DNA of 64,000 nucleotides from an uncultured Acetatifactor sp. (GCA_910586485.1 CAJUIA010000011.1:43276-107275), one strand, 5' to 3'; positions 38,017-48,838 are shown, counted from the stretch's first letter. The notes: generated from the letters alone by a model not told the origin. A program made the numbers and translations.

Positions 38017-39093
38017 CTACTTTACAAAGATGTTTACCAGATCGTTAAAGAAAATAAATACCATCAAAACCATAAAGAACACCAAACCGATAAAATGAAC
38101 AATGCCTTCCTTCTCCGGCGGCACCGGCTTGCCCCGGATCACCTCCAGCAGCAAAAATACAAGCCTGCCTCCGTCCAGAGCCGGAACGGGAAGCAGATTT
38201 AAAATTCCCAGGTTCACGGACAGCATCAATGTAATATTCAGCATATTCAAAAGAACGCTCTGCCAGCCGTATTCCTTGGAGGCCTCATAAGTGGCGCCTA
38301 CCACATTCACGGCAATGCCCACCGGACCGGCCACATCCTTTCTGGAAACCCTGCCCGTAAACAGCATCCCCAGGCTGGTATAGGTCATCTTTACCGAATA
38401 CCGCATCTCGTACCAGGCATATTTCAGGGATTCAAACCCCCGTGGCTCTTTTACGTCGGCGTTGCTGATCCCCAGCAGATAGTACCCGTATTCCTCATCA
38501 TACTGCGGCGTCAGCGTGGTCGTATACCGCTCACCGTCCCGCTCATAAACCACCACCAGATCTCCGCCCCGGTAAGACAGCTGCATGTACAGGGAAATTT
38601 CCTGATAAAGGTAAACCTTCTCTCCATTCAATGAGATGATCCGGTCTCCGGCCTGCAGTCCCGCCGCCTGAGCGCCGCCCCCTTCAACCACCTGGGAAGC
38701 AATCGGATCCCTGGTAACACTCATGTTCACCATGATGATGGCAATGATAAAGGCCAGCAGCAGATTAAACAAAGGACCTGCCACCACCGTAGCAATCCTC
38801 GCCCAGACCTTTGCCTTCAGGAAAGAGCCCGGCCCCGGTTCCTTTGTTCCGCCCTCCGCTTCGTCCTGATCCGCCACGCCGTCCTCGCCCTCAAACATAC
38901 AGGCGCCGCCGATGGGAAACAGCTTCAGGGAATATTTTGTACCTCCCTTTTTACGGGAGATGATATTTGGCCCCATTCCCACCGAAAATTCCACCACATG
39001 TATGCCGTTTGCCTTGGCAATCAGGAAATGCCCGAATTCATGAGCTATGACCACTACCCCGAAAATGACAATAAATAAAATGAATGTTACCAT
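38017..39093 (-). CDS. rseP: RIP metalloprotease RseP
   Basis: HEFGH, PDZ (AGLQAGD), NLLPVPALDGG. Confidence 0.95.
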   Translation of the reverse strand: MVTFILFIVIFGVVVIAHEFGHFLIAKANGIHVVEFSVGMGPNIISRKKGGTKYSLKLFPIGGACMFEGEDGVADQDEAEGGTKEPGPGSFLKAKVWARIATVVAGPLFNLLLAFIIAIIMVNMSVTRDPIASQVVEGGGAQAAGLQAGDRIISLNGEKVYLYQEISLYMQLSYRGGDLVVVYERDGERYTTTLTPQYDEEYGYYLLGISNADVKEPRGFESLKYAWYEMRYSVKMTYTSLGMLFTGRVSRKDVAGPVGIAVNVVGATYEASKEYGWQSVLLNMLNITLMLSVNLGILNLLPVPALDGGRLVFLLLEVIRGKPVPPEKEGIVHFIGLVFFMVLMVFIFFNDLVNIFVK

Positions 39094-40242
39094 TTACCGC
39101 TTGATCCTTCCTGCAATATATTCATGGGTTTCCGCTTCCGCCGCCAGAACGGCTTCCACCCCCGGATTCATAACCGGGCTGTGGTGATCCATCGCCGCTT
39201 CGATCAGCTCAGGGATCTCCAGATAAGCTATCCGTTTTTCCAAAAACAAGGCCACTGCCTTCTCGTTTGCGGCATTATAAACCGTGGGCATGGTGCCGCC
39301 CTGCCCTGCCGCCCGGTAAGCCAGAGCCAGCCCCCGAAAGGTATCCGGATCCGGCTTTTCAAAGGTAAGGCTTCCCAGTTCAAAAAGATCCACCCGCTTC
39401 CCGCCCATGGGCCGCCTGTCCGGATAAAACAGCGCGTACTGAATGGGAAGCTTCATGTCCGGCATTCCCATCTGGGCAATGACTGCCCCGTCCACATACT
39501 GCACCGCGGAATGAATGATGCTCTGAGGATGCACCACCACCTGAATCCTGTCAAGCTCCACGTCGAACAGCCATTTAGCCTCCATGACCTCCAGCCCCTT
39601 GTTTACCAGCGTGGAAGAATCAATCGTAATCTTTGGCCCCATGGCCCAGTTGGGATGCTTTAAGGCATCCTCCACCTGTATCCCCGAAAGCTGCTCTTTT
39701 GATCTGCCCCGGAACGGTCCTCCCGACGCGGTCAACAGAATTTTTTCTATTTTATCTGCAGGCTCTCCGTTCAAAGACTGAAAAATGGCACTGTGCTCGC
39801 TGTCCACCGGCAGGATGGATACGCCGCATTCCTTCGCCAGAGGCATAATAATATGCCCTGCCGTCACCAGCGTCTCCTTATTGGCAAGGGCAATATCCTT
39901 CCCTGCACGGATAGCCGCAATCGTTGGCCTGATACCGATCATTCCCACAATGGCCGTAACTAATACCTGACTCTCCGGAGAAACCGCAATTTCCAACAAG
40001 CCTTCCATTCCCGAAAGAATCTTCACATTAAGATCCCGGACTCTTTCCCTTAAATCCGCGGCTGCCTCCCCGCTCCACATAGCGGCTGCCTCCGGCTTAA
40101 ATTCCCGGATCTGCCGTTCCATTGCCTCCACGCTGCTGCCGGCTGCCAAAGCGGTCACCTTAAGGTCCGGATTGCTGCGCACCACCTCCAGCGTTTGGGT
40201 GCCAATGGAGCCTGTGGAGCCTAAAATTGCTATCTTTTTCAT
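39094..40242 (-). CDS. dxr: 1-deoxy-D-xylulose-5-phosphate reductoisomerase
   Basis: LGSTGSIG, LANKE, PVDSEH, TASGGPFR, HPNW.MG.KITIDS. Confidence 0.97.
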   Translation of the reverse strand: MKKIAILGSTGSIGTQTLEVVRSNPDLKVTALAAGSSVEAMERQIREFKPEAAAMWSGEAAADLRERVRDLNVKILSGMEGLLEIAVSPESQVLVTAIVGMIGIRPTIAAIRAGKDIALANKETLVTAGHIIMPLAKECGVSILPVDSEHSAIFQSLNGEPADKIEKILLTASGGPFRGRSKEQLSGIQVEDALKHPNWAMGPKITIDSSTLVNKGLEVMEAKWLFDVELDRIQVVVHPQSIIHSAVQYVDGAVIAQMGMPDMKLPIQYALFYPDRRPMGGKRVDLFELGSLTFEKPDPDTFRGLALAYRAAGQGGTMPTVYNAANEKAVALFLEKRIAYLEIPELIEAAMDHHSPVMNPGVEAVLAAEAETHEYIAGRIKR

Positions 40243-40248
40243 AACATT

Positions 40249-41088
40249 CTAACTCCCAAGTAAAAATACAATCATAAAATAGGTCAGCGGAGCCGTTACG
40301 ATCACGCTGTCGAAACGGTCCATGATCCCGCCGTGTCCCGGAATCAGCTTCCCGTAATCCTTAATATTCCTGTTCCGCTTGATCGCCGAGGCAGCCAGGT
40401 CCCCCACCATGCCTGCCACGCCCCCCAAAGCACAGATCAGGCCGATCAGACCAAGCTCCTTCGGCCCCCGCACCCCCAGACAGACAACATAAATAACGCC
40501 GATCAGTGCCGCCCCGGCCACTCCGCCGATACAGCCCGCCAACGTCTTTTTGGGGCTGAGAACGGGAAATACCTTCCTTTTGCCGATCAGCTTTCCCACG
40601 CAGTAAGCACAGGTATCGCAGCCCCAGGCGCTGATTAATATCAGCCACACCAGGAGGATACCGTCCCGGTGCATCCGGGTATGGTCTATAAAGGACAACA
40701 TCACCGGCGCATAGAAAAACGCAAAAACGGACGCCATAACGGATTCCACCTGATACCTGGGAAAAGTAAGAACATAAACCAGCAGCTCCCCCAGAAAAAG
40801 AAACACCAGGCAGGGAAGTATGTAAAAAAGCCTCTCTCCCTCTAATACGCCCACATCCCGAAGCAGGAGCAGCCCATAGTAAAGCGTCACGGCAGCCACT
40901 CCCACCAGCTCCTGGACACCAATGCCCTTTCCGCCTTCTTTTCTTACGCCCAGCGCTTTTGTCAGCTCTAAAAAGCCAATCAGGGAAACCACATACAAAA
41001 CTACGGGAAGCAGCGGTGCTCCGGCCCAAAAGGAAGCAAAGGCAATCACAAGCAGCACTGCTCCGCTTAAAAGTCTGGTCCAAAACAT
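40249..41088 (-). CDS. cdsA: Phosphatidate cytidylyltransferase
   Basis: DT.AY, SPKKT, IKDYG.LIPGHGG.MDRFDS. Confidence 0.95.
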   Translation of the reverse strand: MFWTRLLSGAVLLVIAFASFWAGAPLLPVVLYVVSLIGFLELTKALGVRKEGGKGIGVQELVGVAAVTLYYGLLLLRDVGVLEGERLFYILPCLVFLFLGELLVYVLTFPRYQVESVMASVFAFFYAPVMLSFIDHTRMHRDGILLVWLILISAWGCDTCAYCVGKLIGKRKVFPVLSPKKTLAGCIGGVAGAALIGVIYVVCLGVRGPKELGLIGLICALGGVAGMVGDLAASAIKRNRNIKDYGKLIPGHGGIMDRFDSVIVTAPLTYFMIVFLLGS

Positions 41089-41092
41089 CAGG

Positions 41093-41812
41093 TCACCCCT
41101 CCTTCACTCCGCCGTATTTTCTGTCTCTATGATTATATGCCTCCACAGCTTTTATCAATTCTTCCTTCGTAAAATCAGGCCAGGGCACGGGAGTAAAATA
41201 AAATTCCGTATAAGCCAGCTGCCATAAGAGAAAATTAGAAATTCGCTGCTCATTGCAGGTGCGGATCAAAAGATCCGGATCCGGAATCCCGGCCGTATCC
41301 AAAAATCCGGCAAATTCATCCTCCGTAGCCTTCTCCGGCTCCAGCTCCCCCGAAGCGACAGCCGCCGCCATCCTTTTTGCCCCGCGCAGGATCTCATCCC
41401 TGCCGCCGTAATTAATAGCAATCTGAAAATGAAGACCGTCATTTTCCTTTGTGGCTTCCTCCAGCTCTTCGATGCGGCTGCGAATGTCTTCGTCCAGCCG
41501 GGATTTTTCCCCCAGCACACGGACGCACATGCGGTTTTTCCTGGCCGTCTGCAGACAGGTTTTCATATAATTCCGCAGAAGCTTCATCAGAGCGTCCACC
41601 TCGTCCTTGGGCCTGTTCCAGTTCTCCGTAGAAAAAGCATAGACTGTCAGATATTGGATTCCCATTCTGTACGCTTCCTCGCAGATGGTCTCCACCGTCT
41701 TAGCCCCCTGTACATGTCCGTAATTACGGGGCATTCCCTTTGCCTTTGCCCAGCGCCCGTTTCCGTCCAATATAATGGCCACATGCCGTGGCATCTTTAA
41801 ATCCTCACCCAT
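41093..41812 (-). CDS. uppS: Undecaprenyl diphosphate synthase
   Basis: HVAIILDGNGRWA, YAFSTENW.RP, NYGGR.E, RISNFLLWQ.AY.E. Confidence 0.96.
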   Translation of the reverse strand: MGEDLKMPRHVAIILDGNGRWAKAKGMPRNYGHVQGAKTVETICEEAYRMGIQYLTVYAFSTENWNRPKDEVDALMKLLRNYMKTCLQTARKNRMCVRVLGEKSRLDEDIRSRIEELEEATKENDGLHFQIAINYGGRDEILRGAKRMAAAVASGELEPEKATEDEFAGFLDTAGIPDPDLLIRTCNEQRISNFLLWQLAYTEFYFTPVPWPDFTKEELIKAVEAYNHRDRKYGGVKEG

Positions 41813-41907
41813 ACAGTCAGCCCTTTCAAACCCGTACACATCCTTTTGCATAAGCCTAACAAAGAGGGAGCGGTAACACTTCCGCTCCCCCGCTTTTGCC
41901 TCAAAAT

Positions 41908-42459
41908 CTAGACAGTCAGAATTTCCTTTGACTTGCTCTCCATCAGGGCATCAATATCCTTGATGAATTTATCCGTCAACTTCTGCAGCTCTTCCTCCAG
42001 CTGCTTGATCTCATCCTCCGAAACCTCGGTTTTCGCCAGCTTTTTAAAAGCATCGTTTCCGTCTCTGCGGATATTGCGGACGGCTACCCTGCCATCCTCC
42101 GCCTTCTTCTTAATTTCCTTCACCAGATCCTTTCTGCGCTCCTCCGTCAGCTCCGGAAATACAAGACGGATCACATTGCCGTCGTTCGTAGGATTGATCC
42201 CGATGTCAGATACCTGAATCGCCTTTTCAATCTCCTTTAACAGCGATTTTTCCCAAGGGGCGATCTGAATGATGCGCGCCTCCGGCACGGTCACGTTGCC
42301 CACCTGCTGAATCGGCGTGGGCGTCCCATAATAGTCCACCCGCAGCTTATCCAGCACATGAGGATTGGCACGGCCCGCACGAATGGCTGCGTAGTCGGCT
42401 TCGAGAAACTCATAAGCCTTTTTCATTTTGTCTGCGTACTGCTGTAATCTGGAATCCAT
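41908..42459 (-). CDS. frr: Ribosome recycling factor
   Basis: IRAGRANP, YYG.PTP, PELTEERRK, RNIRRD. Confidence 0.97.
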   Translation of the reverse strand: MDSRLQQYADKMKKAYEFLEADYAAIRAGRANPHVLDKLRVDYYGTPTPIQQVGNVTVPEARIIQIAPWEKSLLKEIEKAIQVSDIGINPTNDGNVIRLVFPELTEERRKDLVKEIKKKAEDGRVAVRNIRRDGNDAFKKLAKTEVSEDEIKQLEEELQKLTDKFIKDIDALMESKSKEILTV

Positions 42460-42492
42460 ATCTGTTTTCTCCTTACACTTTGGTTATGCCCT

Positions 42493-43188
42493 TTAAACCA
42501 GTATCCGGGTTCCCGTAAACCTTCCCTTAACGGCATTGACAATACTGTTTTCCCCTTTCAGGCCAAACACCCACATGGGCATATGGTTATCGCGGGCCAT
42601 AATGGATGCGGTCATATCCACCACCTGAAGGTTCTTCTCAATCACTTCCTCAATGGTCACCGTATCATATTTTTTGGCGGCAGGATTTCTACCGGGGTCG
42701 TCATCATAAACACCGTCAATCGCCTTTGCAAGCAGAATCACCTCCGCCTCCACCTCCACAGCGCGAAGCACCGCTCCCGTATCCGTTGAAAAACAAGGAT
42801 GTCCTGTACCTCCTGCAAAAAAGACCACCTGTCCCTGCTCGAAATACTTGTTTGCCCGATCCTTCGAAAAAAGCTTTGTGAAGGTTCCGCACTCAAAAGG
42901 CGTCAAAATACTGGTTTTCATCCCTTCGGAGCGGAAAATTTCAGACACATAAATGCAGTTCATGACCGTAGCCAGCATCCCGATCTGGTCTGCCTTCGTT
43001 CGATCAATGTTTTCGCTGGTCCGGCCTCTCCAAAAATTACCGCCGCCCGTAACGATACCAACCTGTATACCGTCCTCCACCAGCTGCTTCACCTGAAGGG
43101 CCACACCCCTTACCGTTGCTTCGTCAAACCCGGTCTTCCTGTCTCCTGCCAACGCTTCTCCGCTGAGCTTTAATAAAATTCTGCGCAT
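42493..43188 (-). CDS. pyrH: UMP kinase
   Basis: LLKLSGEAL, GGGNFWRG, GMLATVMN, GTGHP.FSTD. Confidence 0.97.
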   Translation of the reverse strand: MRRILLKLSGEALAGDRKTGFDEATVRGVALQVKQLVEDGIQVGIVTGGGNFWRGRTSENIDRTKADQIGMLATVMNCIYVSEIFRSEGMKTSILTPFECGTFTKLFSKDRANKYFEQGQVVFFAGGTGHPCFSTDTGAVLRAVEVEAEVILLAKAIDGVYDDDPGRNPAAKKYDTVTIEEVIEKNLQVVDMTASIMARDNHMPMWVFGLKGENSIVNAVKGRFTGTRILV

Positions 43189-43244
43189 TATGCCCCTCCT
43201 GCAGTCCGACTTCACCCTTAAAATGATCCGCTCTTACCGCTGAT

Positions 43245-44372
43245 TTACTTATCCTTCTGTTCTCCCTGCTTTGCTTTTGCCTTGCGGGGAAGATCAGGCT
43301 TATACTCGTCAAAGAAGGAGGTAGGGCTGACGTCCGCATAGCACTGTGAACACATACCCTCGATCACCGCACCATTGTTGATCTGCACGGACTTTGACTT
43401 GATATTGCCCATCACAATGGCGGAAGCGTCCAGAATAACAGGCCCCTGTACGTCAATATCCCCCTTGACAGCGCCGGCAATCGCCGCGCTGGTAGCCGTA
43501 ATGTTGCCGATGATAACCGCGCTGGCGCCAATCTTTACCGCGCCCTCGCTCACGATCTCGCCGTTTATTTTTGCGCTCTCCGCATAAATTTCAGCCGCCT
43601 TGGAATTACCATTCACATGTCCCGTAATATTCAGCTTGCCAAGAGAATCAATGTTTCCGTTCACCGTACCGATCACGTCTATGGAGCCCTGGGTGGAAAT
43701 ATCACCCGTGATGGTCATTCCCTCCGTAATGACAGAGGTCTCGTCCGATGCCTCCAGATCTCTTCCGTAATCCATTTCTTCCATCATATCCATTTCTTCC
43801 TCTTCTCCTTTACTTTCTTCTATTTCAGAATTTTCAGTCATAACCTCCGCCGCTTCAGCCTGTACCGCTTCCTCCGGCATTTCCGATTCTGTCCCGCCGG
43901 CCGTTTCCTCCGCCAGCATTTCCTCCAGCAGCTTCTCCATCTCGTCGTCGCTGCCAGCCGTTTCCTGTGCCTCCGGCTCCGCCGCGGTCCAGGACTCCTG
44001 CTCTGTCTTCGGTACTTCGAAGCCGTCAGTCAGGTCCCCGGCGGTAATATCCGCCTCCGGTGTTCCGAAGCTGTCTGTATAACCCTGATCTGCTGCATCC
44101 GCCTCCAGCGCTCCAAAGCTGTCTGTATAACCCTGATCTGCTGCGTCCGCCTCCGGCGTTCCAAAGCCGGCTGCTGACTCCGATTCTGTACCCTCTGAAA
44201 GCTCCGCCCCCAGTTCATCCAGAAACGGAATATCGTCAATATTCTTCAGCATCTCTTCCAACGAAACCTCAGATGTTTCCGTGGATTCCTCCGCCTTGTG
44301 CTTTTCGTCCTCAGGCATCAGTTCATTTACTGCCTGAGACAAATCTTCTTTTAAGTCCGAAAAAAAACCCAT
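43245..44372 (-). CDS. Bactofilin-like polymer-forming cytoskeletal protein with long acidic linker
   Basis: C-terminal beta-helix repeats (VITEGMTITGDI..G.V.GNI..). Confidence 0.82.
   Translation of the reverse strand: MGFFSDLKEDLSQAVNELMPEDEKHKAEESTETSEVSLEEMLKNIDDIPFLDELGAELSEGTESESAAGFGTPEADAADQGYTDSFGALEADAADQGYTDSFGTPEADITAGDLTDGFEVPKTEQESWTAAEPEAQETAGSDDEMEKLLEEMLAEETAGGTESEMPEEAVQAEAAEVMTENSEIEESKGEEEEMDMMEEMDYGRDLEASDETSVITEGMTITGDISTQGSIDVIGTVNGNIDSLGKLNITGHVNGNSKAAEIYAESAKINGEIVSEGAVKIGASAVIIGNITATSAAIAGAVKGDIDVQGPVILDASAIVMGNIKSKSVQINNGAVIEGMCSQCYADVSPTSFFDEYKPDLPRKAKAKQGEQKDK
44050..44167 (-). repeat. 48-bp coding tandem repeat, about 2.4 copies
   Basis: FG(TP/AL)EADAADQGYTDS units. 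Confidence 0.85.
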
Positions 44373-44395
44373 TGTAAATCAAACCCTCCATTCAT

Positions 44396-45487
44396 TCATT
44401 GGTCACCGGATGTTTCCGGCCGGTGTTGAATATGTTGAACCGGCTCCGTGTCTTCCGTAATCGGCAGAATCACTGTATCCTCCAGAGCCAAAATGTTCTC
44501 GATGATTGCAGGCAGCGCCTCCACTGTGGTCGGCTTAGACGCCGAATCGTGCATTAAAATTACGGACGTTTCAAATCTTTCAATATCCGCCGTACAGTTC
44601 TCCACCAGCGTTTCCACGGAAAGAAGCTTTGCTCCTCCGTCGCCGGAGGATATATTCCAATCGAAAAAACGCACCTCCTGCGTGTCAAGATAATCCGCAA
44701 ACTCTTCCATATCTATGCGGCTGACCGAGTTGGAGCTGCCGCCCGGAAAACGATATACCGTGCTTTCCACCCCCGTAGCCTCATACACATAGTCCCTTAT
44801 CTTTTCATAATCCTCGGCAAAATCCTCGACAGACTTATATATTTCCTTATACTTGTGACTGTACGAGTGCATCCCAAGAGTGTGCCCTCTGTCTACAATC
44901 TCCTGCATTGCCTCCCGTGCGGAATCGCTATCCTTCCCTACCACAAAAAAGGTAGCCTTTACTCCATAACTGTCCAGTATATCCAGAATATCATTCGTAT
45001 ATTTGCTGGGTCCGTCGTCAAAGGTCAGATACACCTTATGAGCAGCGGTTATTTCTTCTTTCGGTTCCCCGGCTTCCTCCGGTCCGTTCACATTTCCCGT
45101 CCGGCCGTTTATATCCTCGTCAGACCCGGATTGTAAATCCGCCTCCCTGTCTGATGCAGGCCCGGACTCCTGTGCCGGCTGCCCGTACTCCCCGTTGTCC
45201 GAGCCGGCGAAACCTCTGTTTTCGCTGCTGACTGTTGTCAAGCCCTTCAGCTCTTCTAACTGCTGCCTCTGTTCTCCCACAATACCTGTCAACGTTTCCA
45301 CCTGTATCATAAGATCATTCAGAGTCTTGTCCGTATTCTGAATACGGTCCAGCAAAATAAAGCACAGGGCAATGGGAAGCATGATGACCGCCACTGCTGA
45401 CAGGATAATACATTTTTTCAGCATTTGTACACGCTGTCGTTTGGCGGCAGCCGTCCGCTTATTGTCCTCCGCCATAATACCATCCAT
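44396..45487 (-). CDS. Membrane-anchored polysaccharide deacetylase (CE4)
   Basis: YLTFDDGP, KATFF, HSYSH, RFPGG, ILMHD. Confidence 0.92.
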   Translation of the reverse strand: MDGIMAEDNKRTAAAKRQRVQMLKKCIILSAVAVIMLPIALCFILLDRIQNTDKTLNDLMIQVETLTGIVGEQRQQLEELKGLTTVSSENRGFAGSDNGEYGQPAQESGPASDREADLQSGSDEDINGRTGNVNGPEEAGEPKEEITAAHKVYLTFDDGPSKYTNDILDILDSYGVKATFFVVGKDSDSAREAMQEIVDRGHTLGMHSYSHKYKEIYKSVEDFAEDYEKIRDYVYEATGVESTVYRFPGGSSNSVSRIDMEEFADYLDTQEVRFFDWNISSGDGGAKLLSVETLVENCTADIERFETSVILMHDSASKPTTVEALPAIIENILALEDTVILPITEDTEPVQHIQHRPETSGDQ

Positions 45488-45721
45488 CCATTTTCACTTT
45501 TCAGACATAAGTATAGCATATTCCGACTTGTTCGAAAAGATAAAAATGAAATTTTTTAATTTATGCCGGCTTAAGCTCTGCCAAAGTTTTCGTCCTCTTG
45601 CAGGATTTTCGGGAATATGCTACAATAACCCCGCACACGGGCAGAAAGCATGAAGCATGAGCCTTCAAAAAGCAATTCACCCAAATTTATGTGCCGCCTG
45701 CGCGGCGGAATGGGAGGACAT

Positions 45722-46750
45722 ATGAGTTTTGAATTTGTTAAAAAGCTACCCACCCCTGCAGAGATTCGGGAACAGTTTCCCCTTCCTGCGGATCTGGCAA
45801 AAATAAAAGAGACCCGCGATGCAGAGATCAGAGAAGTGCTTACCGGCAAAAGCAGTAAGTTCCTTGTAATCATTGGTCCCTGCTCCGCGGACAACGAAGC
45901 TTCGGTCTGCGACTATGTGACCCGCCTGGCCAGGGTCAACGAAAAGGTCAGTGACAAATTAATCCTGATTCCCCGGATTTACACCAACAAGCCCCGCACC
46001 ACAGGCGAGGGATACAAGGGCATCGTTCACCAGCCGGACCCGGAGGGAAAGCCTGATTTTCTTGCCGGGTTAATTGCCATGCGGAAAATGCACATACGGG
46101 CGATTGCGGAGACCGGCCTGACTGCCGCGGACGAAATGCTGTATCCCGAAAACTGGCGCTATGTATCGGACATTCTCTCTTATGTGGCCATCGGCGCCCG
46201 TTCCGTGGAAGACCAGCAGCACCGGCTGACGGTCAGCGGCTTTGACGTGGCGGCCGGGATGAAAAATCCCACCAGCGGCGACCTGTCCGTTATGCTGAAC
46301 TCCGTTTATGCGGCACAGCATCCCCATTCCTTTATCTACCGGGGCTGGGAAGTCAATACCACCGGCAACGACCTGACTCACACCGTGCTTCGAGGCGCAA
46401 CCAACAAGCATGGCAACAATATTCCGAACTACCATTACGAAGACTTGAATCTGCTGCTGGAAATGTATGAAAAAATGGATTTAAAGAATCCTGCCTGCGT
46501 GATTGATGCCAACCACTCCAATTCTGGAAAACAATATAAACAGCAGATTCGCATCGTAAAAGAGGTTATGCACAGCCGAAAATTAAATCCCGACATTCAT
46601 AAGCTGGTAAAGGGCGTTATGATTGAGAGCTATATTGAGGAAGGCTGCCAAAAGGTAGGCGGGGGAATCTACGGCAAATCCATCACCGATCCCTGCCTTG
46701 GCTGGGAGGCGTCGGAAAAGCTGATTTATGATATTGCAGAATACGAGTGA
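45722..46750 (+). CDS. aroF: DAHP synthase (3-deoxy-7-phosphoheptulonate synthase, class I)
   Basis: IGPCS, KPRT.G.GYKG, AIGARS, GMKNPTSG, DANH.NS, SITDPCLGW. Confidence 0.9.
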   Translation: MSFEFVKKLPTPAEIREQFPLPADLAKIKETRDAEIREVLTGKSSKFLVIIGPCSADNEASVCDYVTRLARVNEKVSDKLILIPRIYTNKPRTTGEGYKGIVHQPDPEGKPDFLAGLIAMRKMHIRAIAETGLTAADEMLYPENWRYVSDILSYVAIGARSVEDQQHRLTVSGFDVAAGMKNPTSGDLSVMLNSVYAAQHPHSFIYRGWEVNTTGNDLTHTVLRGATNKHGNNIPNYHYEDLNLLLEMYEKMDLKNPACVIDANHSNSGKQYKQQIRIVKEVMHSRKLNPDIHKLVKGVMIESYIEEGCQKVGGGIYGKSITDPCLGWEASEKLIYDIAEYE

Positions 46751-46758
46751 GGATACCC

Positions 46759-47520
46759 ATGATATATGAAGTTAAGCAGACGGCCAAAGCGTCCGCACTT
46801 TTTCAGGGCTGGGAGGAAACCATGATCCTCTCCTGCCTGCAGGGCATTATGGGCAGGCTCTACAGTGCAGAATCCCCCGCCTCCGCAATGGCTGTCCTTG
46901 GAGATTTTACCTTTTTTGCAGGCAGGGTCAGCAGAGAGCTGATTTCCTTTAAACCAAAGGACTGCACACAGGATTTCATGATTATGGTGGGACAAAATGA
47001 AGAATGGAATCATGCCATAGCCGAACACTACGGCGCTAAGGCTGCCGTTGTCTCCCGCTATGCCTTCAAAAAGGAGCCGAATGCTTTTGACCGCCAAAAA
47101 CTGGAACACGCCGCCTCTTCCCTGCCTGACTGCCTGGAAGCGGACCTGATCGACGAGCAGCTTTTTTATCTGTGTAAAGCGAACGGCTGGAGCACTGATC
47201 TCGTCTCACAATTCAAAGATTACGAGGAATACCGCCGCTTAGGGCTGGGGGTGGTGATCCATAAGGGCCCCAAAATATTCTGCGGAGCTTCTTCCTATTC
47301 CAGATACCGCGACGGTATTGAGATTGAGATCGACACCAGAGAGGACCACCGTCGTCAGGGCCTTGCATATGCCTGCGGCGCCCGGCTGATCCTGGAATGC
47401 CTGAAGCGAAAGCTTTACCCCAGCTGGGACGCGCAGAATCCGTGGTCCGCAGCGCTGGCCTGTAAGCTTGGCTATCACTACAGCCATACCTATCAGGCGG
47501 TGGAAATCCACGGATATTGA
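46759..47520 (+). CDS. GNAT-family acetyltransferase
   Basis: GIEIEIDT..RRQGLA, PSWDAQN..S..LA.KLGY. Confidence 0.85.
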   Translation: MIYEVKQTAKASALFQGWEETMILSCLQGIMGRLYSAESPASAMAVLGDFTFFAGRVSRELISFKPKDCTQDFMIMVGQNEEWNHAIAEHYGAKAAVVSRYAFKKEPNAFDRQKLEHAASSLPDCLEADLIDEQLFYLCKANGWSTDLVSQFKDYEEYRRLGLGVVIHKGPKIFCGASSYSRYRDGIEIEIDTREDHRRQGLAYACGARLILECLKRKLYPSWDAQNPWSAALACKLGYHYSHTYQAVEIHGY

Positions 47521-47531
47521 ATCATAGAGAA

Positions 47532-48134
47532 TCAGAAAATCTTTAGATACCCGATCAAAAGCGCCGGATTCACATAAGCCTCCAGAAAGCAGCCTGCTAT
47601 GACCGTCCCGGCAATGGCGCCCAGCCAGCCCAGCTTTTTTATCACAAAGCTTCTTCCCTCCGCCTCCATCACGCCGCTTCTGGAATAAATGGCCCGATAC
47701 AGGCTTTCGCACCATCCCAGCAGCATCAATACCGCCGGCACGAAAAGCAGATACTGAGGGAAAATCCCCACCAGTGCCAGGGCCAGCCCCTTCACCCCAT
47801 AACGGATAAACAGCACCGACAGGTAAACCCCTGCGGACATCCCGCACCAGGCTGCGGTTCCCATACAGATCACATACCCTAAATAGGTGGTTGCCAGAAC
47901 GGCCGCCAAAATCAGCGCCAGCATTCTTTTTCGCAGAACATAATAAAAGAAAGCATTGCCGTCCAGTGTCATATATTTCATCCGGTATAAGACAGATTCG
48001 TCAAATAATCCCGTTTCCTTCAAGAAAATACTCTTTCCCAGATTCATAATCAGGATGCCTGCAACGACCCCGATACAGAACACCGGAAGCAGTCTCCTGC
48101 TCCCGGTGGGTATCCGCTTTCCCGCAATCTGCAT
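47532..48134 (-). CDS. spoIIM: Stage II sporulation protein M-like membrane protein
   Basis: Multi-TM, FPQ and LEAYVNP motifs; follows NUDIX gene. Confidence 0.75.
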   Translation of the reverse strand: MQIAGKRIPTGSRRLLPVFCIGVVAGILIMNLGKSIFLKETGLFDESVLYRMKYMTLDGNAFFYYVLRKRMLALILAAVLATTYLGYVICMGTAAWCGMSAGVYLSVLFIRYGVKGLALALVGIFPQYLLFVPAVLMLLGWCESLYRAIYSRSGVMEAEGRSFVIKKLGWLGAIAGTVIAGCFLEAYVNPALLIGYLKIF

Positions 48135-48304
48135 GTAGCGCCCGCCTTTCTCCGGGCGGCACTTCCCGACAGCCTGCCGCTGCAGGACCATCGCTGTATC
48201 CGGCTCAAACAAAAACGCTGCGCTGAAAGCTCTGCCGCCTCCGGTTATTCATCTCTATGCGGCGGGCCTTATACTTATGTCCCATATCCAAACATTTGAC
48301 TTAC

Positions 48305-48838
48305 TCAGGCAAACCTGGCAATATAGGTTAAAATACCGCAGATCGTCTTGGAATCCTGTATCTTGCAGTCAAAAATCATCTGCTTTAATGCTTCCGGCTC
48401 GTAAGCCTCCACATTCAAATATTCATCCTCATCCAGATGCTGCTTTCCGGGCTTCAAATTCCGGGCCAGATAAATGTCAATTTTTTCATTGCAAAAAGCT
48501 ACCGTAGTGTAAATGGAATTCAACAGCTCCACCCTGTCACAGGTATAACCGGTTTCCTCTTCCAGCTCGCGCATGGCCGCCACTGCGGTAGGCTCGTCTC
48601 TGCCATTTAAACCGCCCGCCGGAATTTCCAGTGTCTCGCGCTCTAACGCGTTGCGGTACTGCCGCACCATCAGCAGCTTTCCGTCCTCTCTGACGGCCAC
48701 CACTGCCGCCGCTCCCTTGTGGTCGATCAAATCCCATTTTGCAGTATTCCCGTTGGGAATCTGCATGGTATCCTGATAATAATCAATAATGGCGCCCTTT
48801 GCAATCAGCTCACGCTTTAATCTCTTATATTCTTCCAT
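48305..48838 (-). CDS. nudF: NUDIX hydrolase (ADP-ribose pyrophosphatase)
   Basis: VRQYR..LEIPAG, A.RELEEETG, D.DE. Confidence 0.85.
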   Translation of the reverse strand: MEEYKRLKRELIAKGAIIDYYQDTMQIPNGNTAKWDLIDHKGAAAVVAVREDGKLLMVRQYRNALERETLEIPAGGLNGRDEPTAVAAMRELEEETGYTCDRVELLNSIYTTVAFCNEKIDIYLARNLKPGKQHLDEDEYLNVEAYEPEALKQMIFDCKIQDSKTICGILTYIARFA

